Shown here piece after piece: positions 63,300 to 64,000 of a DNA stretch of 64,000 nucleotides (the stretch's first letter is position 1; each line of letters begins with the position of its first letter). The notes beneath the pieces were generated by a model, which did no database searches, was not told where the DNA came from, and was given only the letters and a program-made list of their open reading frames with translations. This DNA comes from Squalus acanthias (Eukaryota): contig CM059444.1 of NCBI GenBank assembly GCA_030390025.1, positions 58,900,001 to 58,964,000 on the forward strand, read 5' to 3'. A program made the translations under genes and the position numbers.

Positions 63300-63825
63300 T
63301 CCTAATTCCCCACCCCACGTCTCCAGAGAATACAACCGCGACACCAGCAAAGATATGCCGATCCAGGCCGACTTGAACAACCTACCACCAGCCCGTCTCA
63401 AATCTAGGAGGCCATTTTGGACCGTCGCCAAAGCCCTTCAGCGATCTCCCCTCAGCCTTGATGACCGATGGCAAAATGCTGTGAAGAACTGCGAGATATG
63501 GAATGGATTTTTTAAATAGAGGACCCCACAGTACAACCTGAAGGATCAAACCCTCCTCGCAAACAGTGGACAACCTCAACCGCCTCAGAACCGGTCATGG
63601 TAGATGCTGCCAACCTCTCCATAGATGGAAGATTAAAGCATCCCCATCATGCGACTGTGGAGCTCCTGATCAGACCCTGGAGCACATCATTGAGCACTGC
63701 CCTCAGAGGAAATTCACAGGCAGCCTACAAGATATTCACGCTGCTACACCGCAAGCTTTGGCCTGGATATCTGACTTAGATATTGACATTTGATTTGCTT
63801 TGCTACTACCATATGAAAGACGACA
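63300..63825 (+). mobile_element. Ingi/Vingi-like non-LTR retrotransposon 3' fragment
   Basis: RLKSRRPFW...LNRLRTGHGRC...LHRWKIKASPSCDCGAPDQTLEHIIEHCP (C-terminal Cys/His motif), short 3' UTR ending CCATATGAAAGACGAC. Clade call is from recalled motifs, not a search. Confidence 0.7.
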
Positions 63826-63828
63826 ACC

Positions 63829-63985
63829 TAAAACCGATTATCTGGTCATTATCACATTGCTGTTTGTGGGAGCTTGCTGTGCGCAAATTGGCTGCCGCGT
63901 TTCGCACATCACAACAGTGACTACACTTCAAAAAGTACTTCATTGGCTGTAAAGCGCTTCAGGACATCCTGAGGTCGTGAAAGGC
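63829..63985 (+). mobile_element. Deu-SINE 3' part
   Basis: GATTATCTGGTCATTATCACATTGCTGTTTGTGGGAGCTTGCTGTGCGCAAATTGGCTGCC... Confidence 0.85.
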
Positions 63986-64000
63986 AGCTGGCACTCATGA

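Overview
Eukaryotic genomic DNA, most likely from a cartilaginous fish (shark), judged from HE1-type V-SINEs, Deu-domain SINEs and HER1/CR1-type LINEs. The window holds the 5' two-thirds of one minus-strand gene, ARIH2 (Ariadne-2/TRIAD1 RBR E3 ubiquitin ligase). Nine GT-AG coding exons between 61468 and 3161 splice in frame into 312 codons plus 1 nt, covering the acidic N-terminus, UBA-like region, RING1, IBR and the start of RING2 with the catalytic Cys. The remaining exons lie beyond position 1. The introns are mostly degraded retroelements (CR1, L2, a jockey-group LINE, a Vingi-like fragment, Penelope-like elements, three SINE families) and hAT-type DNA transposons, many of them nested with readable target-site duplications (TSDs). 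The most unusual signal is a set of Penelope pseudo-LTR-derived fold-back elements carrying minimal hammerhead-ribozyme motifs; all four copies on the pre-mRNA strand have a damaged motif. Nearly all short ORFs in the track are TE fragments or spurious. Repeat boundaries were judged by eye and are approximate.
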